DNA of 64,000 nucleotides from Clytia hemisphaerica (Eukaryota): NCBI RefSeq assembly GCF_902728285.1, contig NW_027103826.1, positions 244,759 to 308,758 of the forward strand, read 5' to 3'. Shown piece by piece: positions 35,166 to 47,841 of this stretch (position 1 is its first letter; each line of letters starts with the position of its first letter). The notes under the pieces were generated by a model. It saw only the letters and a program-made list of their open reading frames with translations, ran no database searches and was not told where the DNA came from. The position numbers and the translations under genes were made by a program.

Positions 35166-36427
35166 GTAGGCAATTTTTTCTATACCTATACACATGTTTT
35201 TTATATAAGAACAAACTATGTACCAGGTGTCGCAGAAAAAAGTCCCCCTCTTGGAAATGAAATTTGCTTGAGAAGTAATGTTTTAGCATTCAGGTCATAA
35301 CTTTTTGATTTAGTTAACCAAATTTGATAAACGACCCCTCAAAATTTAAGTTTATCCTTCTTCTTTCCAATGCAAAAAGATTGATTCTTTAACGGTTCAT
35401 CAAACTCGAGAAATTTAACTTCAAAGAGGGAGACTTTTTTTCTTGGACACCCGGTTTATTAAGCACAAGGCTTCAATGCGATTCCCAAAATATTAAAGAA
35501 CAAGCTAGTATTAGAGTATTAACTCCGTATTTTAAGACTTAAGACTTGGGATCTCGAAATCTAACAGCTCAAAAATGGTCCAACAAGACTGAGAATGTAG
35601 CCTTGATGCTATTTAACCATATTCATACTTGGCTTTTAGGGGTGGAGGGAGGCTTTTCCTGTACCACCCCTTAACTTTTGATCTAGTGGGTCTTTTTGGA
35701 TGAAATTTGGCACACAAAATCCTTGTCGTATCGGTAACTTTCTACCAAAAAAAATATTACGGCTGAAACGATATATTTGATATAAAAAATAAATTTGTAT
35801 TGGAAAACTTTACTGTCAGAAATGTCATCATGGTCAAGGCTGGAAAATTTTTAGGTGTCAAAACTTTTTTTATTTTAAAGCTAAATAAAACTAAAAGTTA
35901 GAAATTTACAGAAATTTTATGCCAAAAGTTCTATTATTTCAGAAGATATTAACATTAGTTTTATCCCAGTACGAATAGGGTTGGAACCATTGAGTTTCAA
36001 GCCCGAAGGGCTAGAAGCGAAACTTTAACCCTTCTCAGGCAAGAGAAATTGAAGCCACTTATTTCCCATCCAAAACGCGCATAGAACGCGCCGTAATTAT
36101 GACGACGGATTGTATGTAGCGGTTCCTTTGTAAGAGGAATACATTTTTTGAAATCTATCGATAGATTTTAGTTTCAATCCGGCGTTTGTGTAAAAACTAC
36201 GCGCGGGCGTTCTGGATGGGAAATAGGTGGTTTCATTTCCCATCCAGGAGTCTCGCCTCTAGCCCTTCGGGCTTGAAACTCAGTGGTTGACACCTCTCAA
36301 GTCGAAACTCTAAAGAAACAAAGTGGAAGTACTGAAATTGCAATCCTCGCCCGTTTCTGAAAAACGTTCAAATACCCAACATTGTCAAAACGATGATGAT
36401 TGATTCGATACATTTTCATTTTTTAAG

Positions 36428-36542
36428 CCAACTTGGAAGAGTTGCAGTCAGTGGAAGCAAGACAATGCTCGAACCTTGAAACACTACTCGAAGAACTGAA
36501 AAATAAATGTGAAGAAAAACAAGACACGGTGGAAGAAATCAG
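36428..36542 (+). CDS. CCDC113/96-like, exon 7 ((S)NLEELQSVEARQCSNLETLLEELKNKCEEKQDTVEEI + ag).
   Basis: Acceptor ttttttaag| and donor ag|gtttat. Confidence 0.5.
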
Positions 36543-37003
36543 GTTTATTTTTAACAATTTATTAGTACAGCGGAGTCTCCATAAGCCAATACCGAGTTTA
36601 TGCATGTGTGTTTTTACGCGACGGCGACGGTAAGGTTCTTATTTGGCGCGTCGCCAGGGTTTTGAGTTTATACTATGGGCTTTATTTCTGAGAAAACGTT
36701 TCGTTCACGTTTGAATTTGGAAAAATTTTAACTTTTTTCTGAATTGTTATACACCTTTTCGACCGTAGCTGCTGATTGCTGCGTGGGCATTTTTTTGTCC
36801 GTTTTACCACCCTAAACTCGATCCAATCCTGTCTATAGGTGCAAAAAAAGACTGGGACGGTTTTAGGGTGGTAAAACGGAAGAAAAAAATGCCCACGCGG
36901 CAATTGGCGGCTACGGTCGAAAAGGTGTATTACGGGTCATCCCTCCCATCCCCCTAGTGGACACAAAACTGGACTAATTGAATTATTCTGTGTTCTTCTT
37001 TAG

Positions 37004-37082
37004 CTCAGCCTTCATAAAATTCAAATATGACACAGCAAAAGAATCAATCAGTACAAGAACTGGAAAACCCATTCCAGTCAAA
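37004..37082 (+). CDS. CCDC113/96-like, exon 8 ((S)SAFIKFKYDTAKESISTRTGKPIPVK).
   Basis: Acceptor ttcttctttag| and donor aaa|gttagt. This exon is needed to restore the frame between exon 7, which ends in phase 2, and exon 9, which starts in phase 0. Confidence 0.45.
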
Positions 37083-37556
37083 GTTAGTTGGCACTGTTTT
37101 TTGTTTTTGTTTTTTTTGCAGTTTTTCTGTTTTTATTTCTTCAGCTGTAAGGATTGAATTAGATGTTCAAAGCACCCTCAAAAGCCTTAGCTTTGGCTTG
37201 AGAACTAAGATATAGCTTCTTTTTTTATTTATAAGAAAAGTGTTTTTTTTTTCGCCGAGGGTGAAGTATTCTTAACATATTCTTATTTTTCAAAATATTT
37301 TTCACAGAGAAAACACTAGAAAAGGAATCCTCGATAACTACATATTGTTGTTGAGATTGTGAGAGAAAATACTAGAATCTGATTGGATGCGATAAAACGA
37401 GCAACAACGAAGAGTAGTTTGCAATCAGGCGTTTGTTTAAATGTAGTGAAAACTTGTTGTGCGGTGGTTATACACGCCTGACACTCTAGCTAGAGAAAAT
37501 CCAGAATCCATAATGTTGAACATTTCGTGGTACATGTTTTGAATCTACTTTTTCAG

Positions 37557-37610
37557 GATTTGGAGCAATACCAAATGGCCGAACAGAAAAAGGAGAACGA
37601 AGTCATCGCT
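37557..37610 (+). CDS. CCDC113/96-like, exon 9 (DLEQYQMAEQKKENEVIA).
   Basis: Acceptor ctttttcag| and donor gct|gtaaga. Confidence 0.55.
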
Positions 37611-39113
37611 GTAAGAATTAGGTTTTTTTTCTCGTTTATTAAAGGTTTTATTTTTTAATAAGAGTGATACCGTTTGCTTACTCATCAATTTTAATTTACA
37701 AGCTTTTTCACATTGAATTGACACGGATGTGAAGCAAGATTGGTCAGGAAGAGGAAGGAGGCGATCGAAAAAATATATGCAATCTGATTGGTTAAAAAGA
37801 GTACAATATAGCTTGTATTTTACATGTACAAAATATAAATTGACAAAAAGATGTTGTTGCATTGTAGCGGTAGAATCAATCTAACGTCACTTTGCTACAA
37901 AAGTGCCCTGCGCTTTTTTCCAACACAAAAAGTATTTTTTGGGTCACCGATAAACCAGTTATCGGAAAGTTGTGAGTACAATATGGAAATATTTCACTCG
38001 TCCCGGATTTTCCGTATATTTTCCTCGCCTAAAAGGCTCGGAAAATATTGCACGGAAAAATCTCGGAACTCGTTAAATATTTCTCATACTGTACTCACAA
38101 CTTTCCGATAACTATTACATATCAACACAATATAACAATAGGCAGACACTGTCCTGATATGAAACATGTGTCTGATTTGAAATGGGAACACTTATGCAAA
38201 AATAAAACTTTTAACAAAGTATTTTTTTCATATTTTTTAGAACTTTGAAAGTTTTCATGTGAACAATCATTTACTACATACAAAATGATTTAACTTGTTG
38301 AAAACAAAATTCAAATTTTTAACTCTTTTGCTTTGCTGCTGTCAGGGGCCGCGACTCCACTTTAAAAGTGGTGGGTCATGGTTTAATGTCTAAGGAGGTG
38401 GCACCATGGTTGCCGCCGACGGGAGAAATTTTTGAAAATTGGCCCTTCTAGACTGCTTAAGACAGGTCTTTTTCGAGGTTTTTACTCAGAATTTAACTGA
38501 ATCAGTAATTTTTTTTTTTGTTTTGAAAAAATGTGGTCGGGCCAAGGCCCGGGTGCCCCCCCCCCACGCTGCCCCGCGGCCCCTGGCTGTCTTTGTAAAA
38601 CTTGTATCCCAATTTGCAAAATAGTACTTAATCATAAAAAGTTGATTACTGCAACGACGTAGAAATAAATCATATATACTAAAAACAGAAATTTGCAATA
38701 GAAACTTTGAAATAGACAGGGATTTTTCTAAGCACTTTGAGCTGGGGGCCGTTTTTGTAAACTTAGTAGATCGAATTTCTAATATGTCTGAAAGGGAAAT
38801 TGCTTAGCAAAGCTGTGCATTGATAAAACTGTGGGTCTTGTGGGTGTTCAGAGGGCGAAGCTCTCAAAAACTCTTGAATATAATATGTAGATACTAATTA
38901 GTTTTTTTTGCTCATAAACAAGAAAAAAGGTTAATTTCGCTAGAAAAAATCTCATTTATTTCGGATTGGGTTTCAAAAACTCAAAAATTTATTGAGTATT
39001 GAAGTATTGAAGATTGAGTATTTTGGGGCGGTATACGGACATAAAGAAAGTGCTTAGAAAAATCCCTATTACCCTAGTAATAATATAATTCACTTAAAAT
39101 TTGTTTTTACAAG

Positions 39114-39179
39114 GTTCGTTTGGAGAATATCAAATTGAAAAACCGACTGAAGAAACGGGAACAACAGCTCAAAGCTAAG
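39114..39179 (+). CDS. CCDC113/96-like, exon 10 (VRLENIKLKNRLKKREQQLKAK).
   Basis: Acceptor tttttacaag| and donor aag|gtaacg. Confidence 0.55.
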
Positions 39180-39797
39180 GTAACGAAAGTTTCATAAAGA
39201 ACAATACTCTGCTACGTGCCCTTTATATTTCTATGAGTCCTTTTGATTAGTCAGGCGAGACGGGATTTCAATCATGCGGTTTATGCAAATTACTGTTTTC
39301 CTAAATATCTCTGATTGCTTATAAAGATTTGGCTTTGAAGTTAAAAAATATATAAACAACAATAAAAGAAAAACATCGAGAGAAGAGAAAAATATAAAAC
39401 TTTCAGTGTAATTTACTTTGCTAACTGGGAAAAAGTAGTGAAACCCATATTGTGCGATTAGCTCGTAATCACATAATGACTCGTACAATACGAAAATTGC
39501 ACTCGTGATTTTTTTGCTTCGAATTTTCATTGTCCTTTCGGACTCGGAAAATTAACAACAAAAAAACACTCGCGTAATTAATCTCGAGTTGCACTCGTAT
39601 CACAAGTACATTAGTACGTTACATGTACTAATCCTCAACCATATGACTATTGCCCAAAGCAAAATAGAAACTCTCAGAATAAACGAGTATTTACGAATTC
39701 AGCGGTAAAGGTAAGTAGCATTTTGTAGTCCCCTTAAAAAATTGTTAGTGATATTGTTTTTTTTGATACAATATTACTCTTATGAATATATTTTCAG

Positions 39798-39890
39798 GAA
39801 GAACTTGCAGAAGGTTTACACTTGATTGATTTTGAACAATTGAAAATTGAAAATCAAACATATAATGAGAAGATTGAAGAACGTAACGAG
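39798..39890 (+). CDS. CCDC113/96-like, exon 11 (EELAEGLHLIDFEQLKIENQTYNEKIEERNE).
   Basis: Acceptor attttcag| and donor gag|gtaata. DFEQLKIEN plus ERNEEL mirrors the CCDC113 DUF4201 core, recalled as DVDFQQLKIENAQFLETIEARNQEL. Confidence 0.7.
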
Positions 39891-40900
39891 GTAATACCAT
39901 CTATCAACCTTTAGACCATATTCAGACGTTATGGTTTTGTATCGCTCCGGCATAGTTTCGTTACGGATTTAACACAGTGTTTTGGAACGTTTCGTTTTGG
40001 AGAGATACGAAACCGTGACGTTCGAACATGGTCTAAAAGCGTGAAGAGGCTGGGTTTACCAGGCGAAGGAAGGATGTCAAAATGTCTGAGAACGTTGCAT
40101 TGATATTCTCATGGACAATTATTCAGTGGTTCAGTGGCTTCCAGGCTATATTCTCAGTCTTATTATAACATTTTTTAGCGTTCCTGAGATCCTAAGATAA
40201 TCTAAAGTCTCATGTTAAGACTCAGAGTAAAACATTATGTTCCAGCCGTACTTTAAAGCACTTAAAATCACTGACGGTTTTGAGGTTACTCCCCGTAAGT
40301 GCCAAATATTATGGCGGTGATTGTAGCCCTGGTAACGAAAACCCCTTTTCTCAATCTGATCTTTCCGATTTTTCTGATAGGGAAGGCTTTAGCAACGGGT
40401 TTGATCACCAGGGAGACATAAGACAGATTTTTGTTCTCGTTTTCTGATAGGTTTAGAAATTGCGATATTGTTTTACACGTAATGACTAGGAATACTGTAT
40501 ACTGTGGATGTCAAAAGACAAAGTTGAAAGTGTTTGTGTCACTTCATAACGTTATGAGAAGGGGTGTGTGGGTGTAATCTGGATTTCTTGCCAAAAGTAT
40601 AGCACTAAAGAATGAGAGCCAATTTTTTATTGTTTACGAGTTTACAAGATTCAACTGACACTTGACTTTTATCATAACCCTCTATTACCTAGGCACGACG
40701 GAAGCTTTTTATATTTAGTACGACGAATGAGGAAATTTAAGCGATTTTATAGCGATTTTCCCGACGAAGAGGAAAATTTCGGTTATTTTGTAAAAATCTA
40801 GTATGGCGGCCGCAGTACATGCCGTACCCGTTGCGTCGTGTCTCTTACCCAGTTCCCTTGTGGTTTTTGAGTTGAGAGGAATTCATTATTTCTTTGTTAG

Positions 40901-40981
40901 GAATTACTGAAACTTCGGAAGAAGATAAATTCAACAGTACAAGTATTGACACATTTAAAAGAAAAACTCCAACATGTTCAG
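40901..40981 (+). CDS. CCDC113/96-like, exon 12 (ELLKLRKKINSTVQVLTHLKEKLQHVQ).
   Basis: Acceptor tttctttgttag| and donor cag|gttaga. Confidence 0.6.
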
Positions 40982-41359
40982 GTTAGAATTGCGCTAGCCT
41001 CATTATCCTATACGATTATTACAATCATGGTCGAAATATATTGAGAATTGTGTATTTGTGTATTTCAACTTTTCAAGTGGCTTATTCTTAGCCCTATTGG
41101 AACATTTTTTGAGCTTTTTGATCTTGTAAATCTTAAGTCTCATGTTAGAATTCAGAGTTAAAGCTCCGCTTTCCACCCGTACTACACATTAAAATCATTC
41201 CCGGTTTTAAAATTTTATTTTGACTTAATTCCCCTCATGTGAAAATATAATGACGCCCATCACTAGTACTAAAATTCAGCAAAGTTGACGTGTTTACAGT
41301 ATTTCCCATCTACAGTAATTCATTGCACTCAATCGAATCTGTTTTTGTTTTGTATCCAG

Positions 41360-41416
41360 GGAGAAAACGGTGAACAACGAACGAATTTACGTGATATTGA
41401 GGTCACTGTAGCTCAT
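41360..41416 (+). CDS. CCDC113/96-like, exon 13 (GENGEQRTNLRDIEVTVAH).
   Basis: Acceptor ttgtatccag| and donor cat|gtaagt. A (GTCT)n microsatellite lies immediately downstream. Confidence 0.6.
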
Positions 41417-41428
41417 GTAAGTACGAAA

Positions 41429-41429
<1 letters not shown>

Positions 41430-41473
<44 letters not shown>
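41430..41473. repeat. (GTCT)n microsatellite, about 10 units, degenerating into (ATCT) units
   Basis: It lies directly in the intron after CCDC exon 13. A (CAGA)5 microsatellite is at 52596-52615. Confidence 0.9.
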
Positions 41474-41474
<1 letters not shown>

Positions 41475-42236
41475 TTCTCTGACCATGTTTTTCACAGCTT
41501 CAAAAGTTTTAAGGTCTTCGGCCGCTAAATCGTAAAAATATGTAAAATCAGGTCTGCGTCCGCTAACAGAAAAAATATTTGTGGGGGCCCTCTTGAAACA
41601 GATAGGAATACAAATCCACTCCCAATTTACTCTGTCTAATGAGATCTCTGGCTCGTGAGCTGGGCGGTAGAGAAGGGAGTATGACAAAGTAAGTAATTTT
41701 GAGATCGCAGTCGAGGGCAACCCGAAGGCTCCTCTTCCTTTAACTGTCTACCCAAAGGTAGGGGAGGGTGCCACATGAGCACTTTTGGAAGTCATAATTA
41801 CTCGAGCTTGGAGGTCGTACCCACAACCTTGTGCACCGTAGCTAGATGCTCTACCTTCGTGCTATGGCCGCTTACGAAAAAACATAGCAAAAAGCGGGTA
41901 ATTGAATAATGGATCCCTGGTTTGTGATCTTCCTCGAACGTTTTAGACCATTTTTAGACGTTAGTGTTTCATATCGCTTCAGTATGATATTTGTTATGAA
42001 TAGGAACAGTTCATATTGATTTCGAAACGTTTCGGAGTAAGAAAACGGAGGAGTTCCGTTCCTATGAAAATAGTGGAGCGAAACCTTTTCGATCCATTTT
42101 GCTTTGTATCGTCTCCTTCTTTGACAATTCGAGTTTCACACAGTGTTTCGGAACCGTTTTGTTTCACGGCGATACAAAACCGTAACTGAATATTGTCTTA
42201 ATCTATTTTCAATATGTTTCATTTTGTTTTTTACAG

Positions 42237-42368
42237 AAACGTGACCTGTTGACACGCTTGAAACAAGCACGTGACTCCCTTCGCTTTGATAACACCAAGT
42301 TGAAGCATAAAGCTGGTCTCCTTGGAAACAAACCGTTGTTAAGGGATTTCGAGGAACGAAAAGATGAG
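42237..42368 (+). CDS. CCDC113/96-like, exon 14 (KRDLLTRLKQARDSLRFDNTKLKHKAGLLGNKPLLRDFEERKDE).
   Basis: Acceptor ttgttttttacag| and donor gag|gtgtgt. Confidence 0.6.
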
Positions 42369-43294
42369 GTGTGTCCACGTTTTGAAAATTTTTTCAACAA
42401 TCACACTTTTAACCTTTTTTTAATTTATACATTTGGAGTCTCTATAATTCGTACGCACAGGAGGAGCCCAAACTTTGTTCGAGTTAAGGAAATTTCGAGT
42501 TATGAAGTAAGGTTTACGATGAATTTTTAACTGAAGGGACCAGAAAACTTATTTATTACTTATTTGAGATACAAATATGATGGTCCTATGGTTATTATTC
42601 AATTCGTATTTACCTGGGACCAAATCTTCGTACGGGATTTTGACTGGTTGGTGTATACACTTATCAACCCTTAGGAACGTGATCGGCTTTTTATTAGGGG
42701 ACTATGAATTTACAAGGCACAATTGTTTTCAGCGCAAGGCATTTTTAGGCTTACAACTAAATCAAAGCAAGTAAGTTCCCGCCAAAGCTCTAGAGACATT
42801 TTCCCTGCGGTAGAGTGAAATCTATGTTTAGCACTTGAATAACTTGAACTATATTGACGTTACTTTTTCACTGGGTATCTTACATTGTTCTTAACCCTTA
42901 CACTACGAGGGACGCGTATATGTGTCCAAAACAAGCCAAAATACTGAGTCTCAGACTTGAGGCCATAGCTCCTGACCACTTGATTTAAAGGGGTATAAAC
43001 CGAATGCTTTTAGAAAGAGTATAAAAATAGCTTTCCAATGGTATCAAAACCATCTTCAAAATCAAAAGTTACAAGCTTTTATGGCACTCTAAAGTTTTGA
43101 GTTTAAAAAAAAAAGTTTAGAAAAATTTCAACTTTTTCAAAAAAACAGCGCGCACAAAGGGTTAAGAGCACTACACTTGTGTTTACGTTATCTTCATCGA
43201 GAAGAATTTTACTTGAACTTTCGTTACCAGTTTCTTCAAAAGCAGTAAGGGTTGAAAGGTGTAGTGAATAGCTTGTTATCACTTTCTTTTTCAG

Positions 43295-43411
43295 AGTGAG
43301 GAATTGAGGAACCGGCTGGCAAATTTGAGACAGAATCACATGGAGTTGAACATTAACTTGACCACTATCAGAAAGAAAATTGATAATGTCAAAACTATTG
43401 ATATGCAGTAG
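43295..43411 (+). CDS. CCDC113/96-like, terminal exon 15 (SEELRNRLANLRQNHMELNINLTTIRKKIDNVKTIDMQ*).
   Basis: Acceptor ctttctttttcag|. TAG stop at 43409-43411. Confidence 0.6.
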   Translation, partial: SEELRNRLANLRQNHMELNINLTTIRKKIDNVKTIDMQ

Positions 43412-45555
43412 CAATAATTATTATCGGTTTTTTGTCGTCTTGAGTGTTGTTTCAACGTTCATTGATTTATTTAACGTTAAACGAACGTTGTGGACGTTAG
43501 ATTGACGTTGTTCGGGCGTCTTCAGACACTGATTTTGAGGTTGGACATCATATCTTTTCTTGATGACAGAAATGTTTTATGAAACTATCCTGCAACGTCC
43601 AAACAAAGTCGATCTAACGTCCACAACGTTCGTTTGCCGTTAAATGAACGAAAACTTTGACTTTTATGACAGTGAGTTTGAGATCCTAGGAAGTCTCTGT
43701 CGATAGCTAACATGTTACAATTTTATTTATTGTCAAATTTCAATTCAAATTGCCTTTTCGAGCTTGAGTTTTGCAAGGAAAGTAATGGGGTCTGTAAAAT
43801 ATCAGATATCTTAATCTACCCCTTTTTTCACTGTTCAAACCATAGATTTATAAAGCCCGATAGGCTAGATGGCGTACCTTTGCTGAAAAGTGTGCCGTGG
43901 CTAGATAAGAAATCCTATCTAAGTCACGTGGCATTACAATAGAATTTCAACGCTTGACCAATAAGAAGCTTTGCGGGTTTTCGAAAACATTTTTTCCGAT
44001 ATTCACTTTTTTTGCCTGCGATGGCTTTAGGCACGACATCTAGCTCTTCGGGCTTTACAAATCTATGGTTTAAACCCGTATACAACATTTATATTATTAA
44101 AATCAACAGGGTAACATTATCAAAAGGAAACCGCGACAGAAAAATACACAAATTATAATTCATTTAACTGATAGTTCATGTGAATGCCCCCTAAAGGTAA
44201 AACTGGGTAAAAAGCATGAATTGAGATTTTTCATAGTATTGAATAATTAATATCATTTCAAAAAGTGGGTTTGCAGGAAACCTAGAAACTAACCTATTTT
44301 CAAAATAAGTTGACAGTTTTTTAATTCATCCAAATGTATATTGAATATATTTCTTTAATTTGTCAATAATATAAAAAAGTGTAAAAATAGATATTCTGAT
44401 TTTTATTTTTAAAACTTCAAAATAATAATAATCTTTTCAGGAATTAATAATTTTGATTTTCTTGGGTATTCTCAATATTTTAATGTCTAGAATTCATTAT
44501 TTTGCGTATGAAAATGCAACCTTTTTAAGGAACCTTTCAACTTTTTCAAAGTTTTACTAGTTTTCGTTGTCAAATTTTTCAAATTTTTCAAGGAGTTCAA
44601 CCAAAATGTCCGCAAAGTGAACTAACATATTATTCAATATATAGATTTTTATCCACAGTTATTTGATATAATCAATATACTAATTTATTCGGCGTTCTTA
44701 ATGGAATAAATTTTGATGGTTGTATCTTCATGTTATTGGATTTTAACCTTAATGTGATTGATTGATTGAAAATTATTGGATTGGTTGTTGTATTTGCAGC
44801 TCTGACACAAAATGACAGATCGTCGGGCGCCATGGAAAAAACAGAGGTATGTGTCTTTTTCATTTAATACAATGTCTCCAGAACTCGAACCTCTATTACT
44901 CAAATGCCTGCTCAATTCGAACAACCTGCCCCTTCACCATCACCAGTCAGCAATGTCTTATTAATCGGTCGAAATTTCTATAATTCGAAAAAAAAATTAG
45001 TTCCCCGCTGAGTATTCGAGTTATGGAGACTGTTTTTGTTCATTTCTTCCACAAAACATTTATGTTTTGGATTATTTTCGTTTTATCTGTTCGATTACTG
45101 ATCTTAAATATTAATTGTCTTCTTTCGAGAGATGTAAGAAAAACAGTCACGTCCAATTGGACAATTTCCTCCCTAGGCATTCTATATTTCAAAATAAAAA
45201 TGTTGTGAATTAAAGTTACAATCTAAATTGTAGAATTACATAGGCGGTTTTAGACCACGTCGAACTTATCAGAAGAAGAGATTTGTAATTGTTAGTAATT
45301 TTATTGTCTTTTAACGAGCGTTGTACTCCTTCGCATGTTACCGACGTAGTCACTCTATTGTCTTAAATCCACCAGTGAATTAGGTTATTTATTGGCAGAA
45401 TTGTAAAGTTAGTTTGTTCATTTAGTATTGTTGATAGGTTGTTCTCCTGTCATTGTTGTTGTGGTTGTTGAGGGCTTTTTAGTTGATGTTGAGGATTCTG
45501 GAATTAGTGTTGTTAGTTGTGAGACTATTGCTGATGACTCTTGGAAGGTTGCTGT

Positions 45556-47128
45556 TCATTCTTTTGAGCTTATTGTCAATGATGAATTTGTTGTTGGTGG
45601 CTGTGTATTTGTTATAGATTCTTGTAACTTAGTTGTTGTTGACATTTTCAATTTTGTTGATGATTGTTGTGAAGTTGCTGGTGATTGTCTGGAAATTGTT
45701 GTTCGTGGTTTCGTCTTTATTGTTGTAGGTGGAATTGGAGGTGTAGTTGATGGTTGGGAATTCGTTGATGATGTTTGTGAGTTTGTTGTCAGCGGTTGTG
45801 AATTTTTTGTTGATTGTTTCAATTGTGTTGCTGTTGGATTTTGTGAAGCTGTTATTGGTGTTTGTGAATTTGTCATTGTTGATTTTAAAGTTATCGTCAG
45901 TGGCTCAGAATTTGTTGTCGCCGGTTGTGAAACTCTTGTCGATGGTTGTGATTCTGTTGTTAAAGGTTTTGTTTTTGTCGATAAAATTTGTGGGGTATTT
46001 GTTGATGCTTGTGAATTTGTTGTCGATGGTTGTGAATTAGTTGTCGATGGTTGTGAATTTGTTGCCGATACTTTTGAATTTGTTGTCGATGGTTGTGAAT
46101 TTGTTGTCGATGCTTGTGAATTTGTTGTCGATGGTTGTGAATTCGTTGTCGATGGTTGTGAATTTGTTGTCGATGGTTGTGAATTAGTTGTCGATGCTTG
46201 TGAATTTGTTGTCGATACTTTTGAATTTGTTGTCGATGTTGTTGATGTTGTGAATTTGGTGTCGATGCTTGTGAATTTGTTGTCGATGGTTGTGAATTGT
46301 AGTTGTCGATGCTTGTTGAATTTGTTTGTCGATGGTTGTGAATTTGTTGTCAATACTTTTGAATTTGTTGTCGATGGTTGTGAATTTGTTGTCGATGCTT
46401 GTGAATTTGTTGTCGATGGTTGTGAATTAGTTGTCGATGCTTGTGAATTTGTTGTCGATGGTTGTGAATTTGTTGTCAATACTTTTGAATTTGTTGTCGA
46501 TGGTTGTGAATTCGTTGTCGATGGTTGTGAATTTGTTGTCGATGGTTGTGAATTAGTTGTCGATGGTTGTGAATTTGTTGTCAATACTTTTGAATTTGTT
46601 GTCGATGGTTGTGAATTTGTTGTCGATGCTTGTGAATTTGTTGTCGATGCTTGTGAATTTGTTGTCGATGGTTGTGAATTTGTTGTCAATACTTTTGAAT
46701 TTGTTGTCGATGGTTGTGAGTTTGTTGTCGATGTTTGTGAATTTGTTGTCGATTGTTGTGAATTTGTTGTCGATGGTTGTGAATTCGTTGTCGATGGTTG
46801 TGAATTCGTTGTCGATTGTTGTGAATGCGTTGCTAATGGTTTTAGATTAGTTGTTGATAGCGCTGGTCTTGTCGTCGCTATCCTGCATACATCACAAGTA
46901 ACAGGGCAATCTTCTCTAAACTTTCGCCACAATGCACAAAGATTCTTATACGCATGCGTACAAATGGTTAATTTATCAAGACAAGTGTTTTGTTTTTGTT
47001 GACATTTATATTTATTGTTGAGCTGCAAAATATCAGTTTTCGACATTCCATCAGCGCTACCAAGGAGCTCGTTTGGATCAGTTCGTGAAATGATGGACAT
47101 GGCGTTTGGATCCTTTGAAGATATCCAG
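45556..47128 (-). CDS. Astacin gene A, terminal exon 7. It encodes the astacin C-terminus, an ShK-like domain (CQQKQNTCLDKLTICTHAYKNLCALWRKFREDCPVTCDVC), about 50 copies of a (STTNSQP) mucin-like heptad repeat, and a Ser/Thr/Pro-rich tail, ending in a stop.
   Basis: Acceptor ttttag|c at 47129-30. The frame stays open for 1573 nt to a TAA at 45556-58. TDILQLNNKYKC matches the astacin C-terminal xTDxxQxNxLYxC. The six-cysteine spacing ends CxxxCxxC, as in ShKT domains. The repeat unit is 21 nt. Confidence 0.8.
45990..46850 (-). repeat. Coding minisatellite with a 21-nt unit (plus-strand reading tgtgaatttgttgtcgatggt), about 40 tandem copies encoding (STTNSQP)n in astacin gene A. The central block, about 46240-46340, carries compensating indels.
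   Basis: Periodicity seen directly. The antisense strand also lacks stop codons, which produces the spurious 524-aa plus-strand ORF. Confidence 0.85.
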
Positions 47129-47406
47129 CTAAAAGAATGTTAAAAGCGACTTGGTATAAACAGTATTAAAAGTTCTTCCGTCTTGGTGAAGTAAATAAAG
47201 AGGCTTTTCAGTTAAAATATTCTGCATGATTTACCAAAATTGCAAAAAATTGTGCTGATTTGCTTCGTAAAATCATTTTCCGTCTCAGCGAAAAAACCTT
47301 GTTTTGACCAACTGTAGTAGCTTTTAAAATGATGTAGTGTGTAGTGTGTTTGTAACCCGATTATTTACTCAAATTTAAGTTAAGGCAGACGAGGTAAGAG
47401 ACTTAC

Positions 47407-47497
47407 TTATTATACATCATAATAGAATGTTTGTCAAATTCACCACCATAATAATCAGCTTCATCTATATTATATGAACGAAATTGATCGATCCTAT
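47407..47497 (-). CDS. Astacin gene A, exon 6 ((D)RIDQFRSYNIDEADYYGGEFDKHSIMMYN + aa).
   Basis: Acceptor cctttcag| and donor aa|gtaagt. The astacin NFxxY...YDYxSIMHY region, including the Met-turn Tyr. Confidence 0.7.
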
Positions 47498-47665
47498 CTG
47501 AAAGGAATGACAAAGACTGACATTAATTGAATTTTATACACGATGCGTATCCCCTATATCAAAACATCTCAGAGGGGATACGGGTAACCTAAACGCCTAA
47601 AAGAGAACGCGAAATTACATTAAAACATAAATAAACAAACAAAATTTGAAATTCATGGTACTAAC

Positions 47666-47841
47666 CTTCTCGGATATTATCCCAATTGATGAAGATATGT
47701 TCCAATCTATCCAATCGAGCTTGTTCGTGGTAGAAACCCAATGTGTGCAGAATCTCGTGAATAATGATATCTCTCCACAAGCATTCGAAACTGAGAGATA
47801 TTGGTTGTCGACCTCCTACACGTCCAATGTTGGAGTAACAT
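47666..47841 (-). CDS. Astacin gene A, exon 5, catalytic zinc site ((G)CYSNIGRVGGRQPISLSFECLWRDIIIHEILHTLGFYHEQARLDRLEHIFINWDNIRE + g).
   Basis: Acceptor aattttag| and donor g|gttagt. HEILHTLGFYHEQARLDR matches the astacin HExxHxxGFxHExxRxDRD signature. Confidence 0.85.

Noticed and set aside
45428-47002. 524-aa plus-strand ORF with Val/Asp/Cys/Glu-rich repeats
   Set aside because: It is the antisense frame of the 21-nt coding minisatellite of astacin gene A. It is open only because the repeat lacks stop codons on the complement. The minus-strand frame carries the recognisable astacin C-terminus and ShK domain.
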